Assembly (NCBI GenBank): GCA_963787125.1
Contig: CAWBBV010000001.1
Location: forward strand, 448,001 to 512,000
Origin: an uncultured delta proteobacterium
Lineage (GTDB): Bacteria > Desulfobacterota > Desulfuromonadia > Geobacterales > DSM-12255
DNA length: 64,000 nucleotides
Direction of reading: 5' to 3'
Shown: positions 60,834 to 64,000 of the stretch, in pieces
Layout: every line of letters begins with the position of its first letter
Position numbering within the stretch: the stretch's first letter is position 1
Translations under genes and position numbers: made by a program
Notes under the pieces: model-generated
Seen by the model: only the letters and a program-made list of their open reading frames with translations
Databases searched by the model: none
What the model was told of the DNA's origin: nothing

Positions 60834-60883
60834 GTAAGCGATACCAAGTAGAGAAGCTGTATTTGATAAGCCGTTACTTAGTT

Positions 60884-62138
60884 TCAGTGAGAATCCTTCA
60901 CGCCAAATACCGGCAGCACTCTGGTCACCAGGAAAAAAAGAACAAAGGGGGTGATGATAACTGCCAGGGCCCCGAAGAGCCCCTCTTTAAAAAGCTCAAT
61001 ACTGCTTGGCCAGATCGGGAGACGATAATCCATGAAGCCGGAGAACGAAGCAGAAAAGGCCTGTCCGCCGATAACGACGTTCCAGCGCATCATAAACACA
61101 CCCATGAGCACCAGTAAGGCGCCTATCAGCGCTCGCCGGATAGTCAGTCCCGGCCGCAGAAAAATGATGAAGGGTACCAGGTTCCCCAGGCCGTACTGGA
61201 GGATGAAGATCTTGAAAAAGTCCCTTTCGTAAATGACACTGCGGAGGATATCCCATGATTTGACCGCCGTGTAGGTGCGGAAGATCAGATCCAGCAATTC
61301 AAGGGTGATGGCCAGAACTAGAAACATGACCAGATATTTGACCGTCATGGTTACGGTCAGGATTTCGGCGCTTTTCAGATCCTCTGTAGAGGGAAGCCCC
61401 GGATTGGCTTTCCTTTTTCGGGCCAAGATCAGTTTGCGGATTTCCATGGTGATGATGTAGGTAACAATGCAGAGAGCTATTCCGGATACTATTGCCGAAC
61501 AGATGAAGATGACCGGCATGAGCGGCGTCATCCAGAGGGCATTGGCCTTGACCGAGCCGAAGATGAAGCCGGCATAACCATGCAGGAAGCAGGCGACCGG
61601 GATGCCGATCCCGGCCAGAACCCCTACCGCCTTTTCATCCTTGTGCAGAGCTTCCGGAGCTTAAATCCATGGCGCCCATGGAGAGGAGCGCATAGAGGCC
61701 AAGCTGGACCGACTCAAAACTGCTTCTTTGCGGTTTGGCGCGCAGCTCCAGGACCGTCTCGACGATAAATTGACGATAGACAAACCAGATTTCCGAGGCA
61801 ACGATCAACCCATAGGTTGTAAAGACGATGCCGAAGGCGGCAATGGCCGAGGTGAAGTGCGGAGTCATCATGACATAGATGCCCCGCTGTGGTTGCTGGA
61901 GATGCAGCAGTAGCGGCATCATGGCTACCGGGAGCAGTGCCAGTGAGAATACCAGTGAAAAACGGGCGATCTCTTTGAGCTGCTTGACCCCGAAGACGTG
62001 ATAGAGGGAGGAGAGAACAAAGGCTCCTGCCACAAGACCGGTCATGAAAGGGTACATGACGATCTGAATCGACCAGTAGATGTATTCATTCGGGTAGACA
62101 AAAAACTCTTTCAGGGTCCAGGCTTCACCGTGTACCAT
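60884..62138 (-). pseudogene. NrfD/PsrC-type membrane subunit (CbcU-like), frameshifted near 61655 (pseudogene or sequencing error)
   Basis: YPFMTGLVAGAF..LHL..P.R in one frame; ..LHGYAGFIFGSVKANALWMTPLMP..RWNVVIGGQ in another. Confidence 0.75.
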
Positions 62139-62140
62139 GG

Positions 62141-62930
62141 CTATTTTACCTCCATTGAAGATCCCAGATAGAATACCTGTGGCTTGGTGCCGAACTCTTC
62201 CTTCAGAACATTCACCTGCTCCGTGGTGATGATCTTGGTGACCGGATCCTCAGGATCCCTGATGTTGCCCACCCGGCGGGCACCGAACGGACAGGCGTCC
62301 ACGCAGGCCGTCTTCATTCCCTTGGCAGAGGCGGTGATAGCAGAGGGTGCATTTCTCGGCAACGTGCAGTTGTCGGGTGGAAGTAGCGGACACCGTACGG
62401 GCAGCCCATGACGCAATAACCGCAACCGATGCACCAGGAGCGGTCAACCAGCACAACTCCATCCTGGGTCTGGTAGGTTGCCCCGACCGGGCAGACCTGA
62501 ACGCAGGGCGGGTTTTCGCAATGGTTGCAGAGTTTGGGAACAAAGAAAGCTTTAGCGATCTCCTCCGGCTTGACCTCCTTGAGCCCCATGCTGAGCCTGA
62601 TCGATTTTCTGGGTAAGTAAAACCGTCCCGGGCTCCTTTGGGTGAGTCGATCAGGGTCTGGCCATCATTGGTGATCACGTAGCGCTCCACCCAGGTTCGG
62701 GTGACGTTTGCATCCCAGTCGACATCATTTTCAATCTTGCAGGCTTTGACACAGAAGCCGCAACCGACACATTTGTGAACGTCGACCAGAAATACCCAGC
62801 GCACCTTGCCTTTTTCATTTTTTTCAGCGTGGAGTCTTTTGGGATTGAATACCTCCAATGCGCTGAGCGGTATGACAACGCCGCCTGCAACCAGCATCGC
62901 TTTCTTGCAGAATTCACGGCGGTTCATCAT
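62141..62930 (-). pseudogene. Tat-exported 4Fe-4S protein (NrfC/CbcT-like) with several frameshifts
   Basis: NRREF Tat motif; [42 protein letters not shown] and ACVDACP spread over three frames. Confidence 0.75.
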
Positions 62931-63425
62931 GACTTCACCTCCGGCTTCTGATGTTTCGGATTTGCCCTGGTCGGGTCATGGGGATAGTGGCACATGACGC
63001 ATTCTGCCTGAGGATAATGCTTCGCAGGATCAATGCCGGGGATTTTTGCCCGGGCGCTGTCTTTGTAAGGGAGATAGGCATGGCAGCGGATACAAAGCCC
63101 GCGGCTCCGGTCGATAGTCATGCCCGTCGGATTCTGCGGATGGTTGAGGTTAGGTCCATGACAGTTCTCACAACTGATAGCTCCATGGGGGGAGTCCTTG
63201 ATATCGTTATATTTGTCTTTGTGACATTCTCTGCAGACAGCAGCAGTCTTGTACTTGACCGGAACTTTCTGCCATTCAGCCTCATTGGACTTTGCGGTGC
63301 CAGCCATACATGTAGCCGCGTTCCTGTATGCCAAAATCATCCGGCACTAACAGTGTTCTGGTAGCCAGGATCCCGCCGACTATCGCCAGCACTATGAATA
63401 ATGGTCGCCAAACATGATTCTTCAA
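62927..63425 (-). pseudogene. Tetraheme membrane-anchored cytochrome c (CbcS-like), frameshifted near 63291
   Basis: AGGAGG + TTG start MKNHVWRPLF..GYMYGWHRK, then +1 frame SNEAEW.. with four CXXCH motifs. Confidence 0.75.
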
Positions 63426-63698
63426 GTTAGTTACCTCCTGGACATGGTTGGTGGAGTGTACGCATGCCGCTAAATATTTGCCGTGATTTAAGTCAAGTCA
63501 GATTAACATCATCTGCACCAGGCTTTACTTCAGCTTGCCAACAGCGGTTCAAAGGCAGTTAACCAGAAGATTATACCTTAAAATAATACAAACACCTGTA
63601 AGAACGGGAAATAACGATATTTTCATTTGACAAACTAACCAGAGACGCTGTAATTTCTCAAATTCAGTTTAAGAGTCACTATGTTTGCAGGAGGAAGT

Positions 63699-64000
63699 AT
63701 GTCGGATACCAGAAAAAGAATTTTATCCTATCTGTTCAACCCCATCAGTATTTTCGGGTTTGTTCTCGCAATTCTGGGGGCTGTTCTCATTATTGCATTC
63801 CTTGCCATCGAGATGTTTACAGGGGTTGAAAATCCGTACCTCGGCATCCTTGTCTACTTTGCATTCCCGGGGCTGCTTATTTTCGGCCTGCTGGTGGTTC
63901 CTCTTGGAGCATGGCTGGTTCGTATCCGCCTTAGAAACAAAGGCATAACCGAAATACAGAAGCTTCCGATCCTCGACCTTAACGATCCCCTCAAGCTGAA
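63699..64000 (+). CDS. imcH: ImcH-like NapC/NirT inner-membrane cytochrome, 5' part
   Basis: AGGAGG RBS; MSDTRKRILSYLFNPISIFG..NPYLGILVYFAFPGLLIFGL..VPLGAW..DLNDP resembles the ImcH N-terminus as I recall it; hemes lie beyond the window. Confidence 0.75.
   Translation, partial: MSDTRKRILSYLFNPISIFGFVLAILGAVLIIAFLAIEMFTGVENPYLGILVYFAFPGLLIFGLLVVPLGAWLVRIRLRNKGITEIQKLPILDLNDPLKL

Noticed and set aside
63283..63295. TGA in cbcS as selenocysteine or a programmed frameshift
   Set aside because: The continuation is in another frame and similar shifts occur throughout the operon, so recoding is implausible

Overview
This window looks like a Geobacteraceae/Desulfuromonadales chromosome, judged from gene content and synteny. 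Positions 1-28.7 kb are mostly core genes: partial hypF, pyk, a diheme cytochrome, patatin, an OmpJ-like porin, an acyl-CoA carboxylase/methylmalonyl-CoA operon, the F0 ATP synthase genes and fur-feoB-ideR. They are followed by an unusual operon pairing actinomycete-type deoxy-amino-sugar enzymes with ArnC/ArnT-like transferases, led by a RAPP-motif leader ORF. tRNA-Ser(CGA) at 28691 anchors about 24.5 kb of accessory DNA, split by two similar att-like junctions (~44.7 kb and ~53.2 kb). Module A holds a type I R-M system with a Schlafen/AlbA cargo gene flanked by 41-bp direct repeats, AlpA, a DnaB-N/RepA-type helicase, a highly structured intergenic region and a tyrosine-recombinase gene pair, but no tRNA-proximal integrase. 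Module B holds SRAP, a secreted WD40-caspase and a GNAT/nitroreductase/hydrolase trio bracketed by attC-like repeats. The right end returns to core genes, including clustered cbcL, a frameshifted cbcSTU-like operon and the start of imcH. The best novelty candidates are the repeat-flanked R-M cargo cassette, the structured-origin/Y-recombinase module, a GxxExxY gene enclosed by 31-bp inverted repeats, and the sugar operon with its putative arrest peptide. All calls come from motif reading by eye; no database searches were run.
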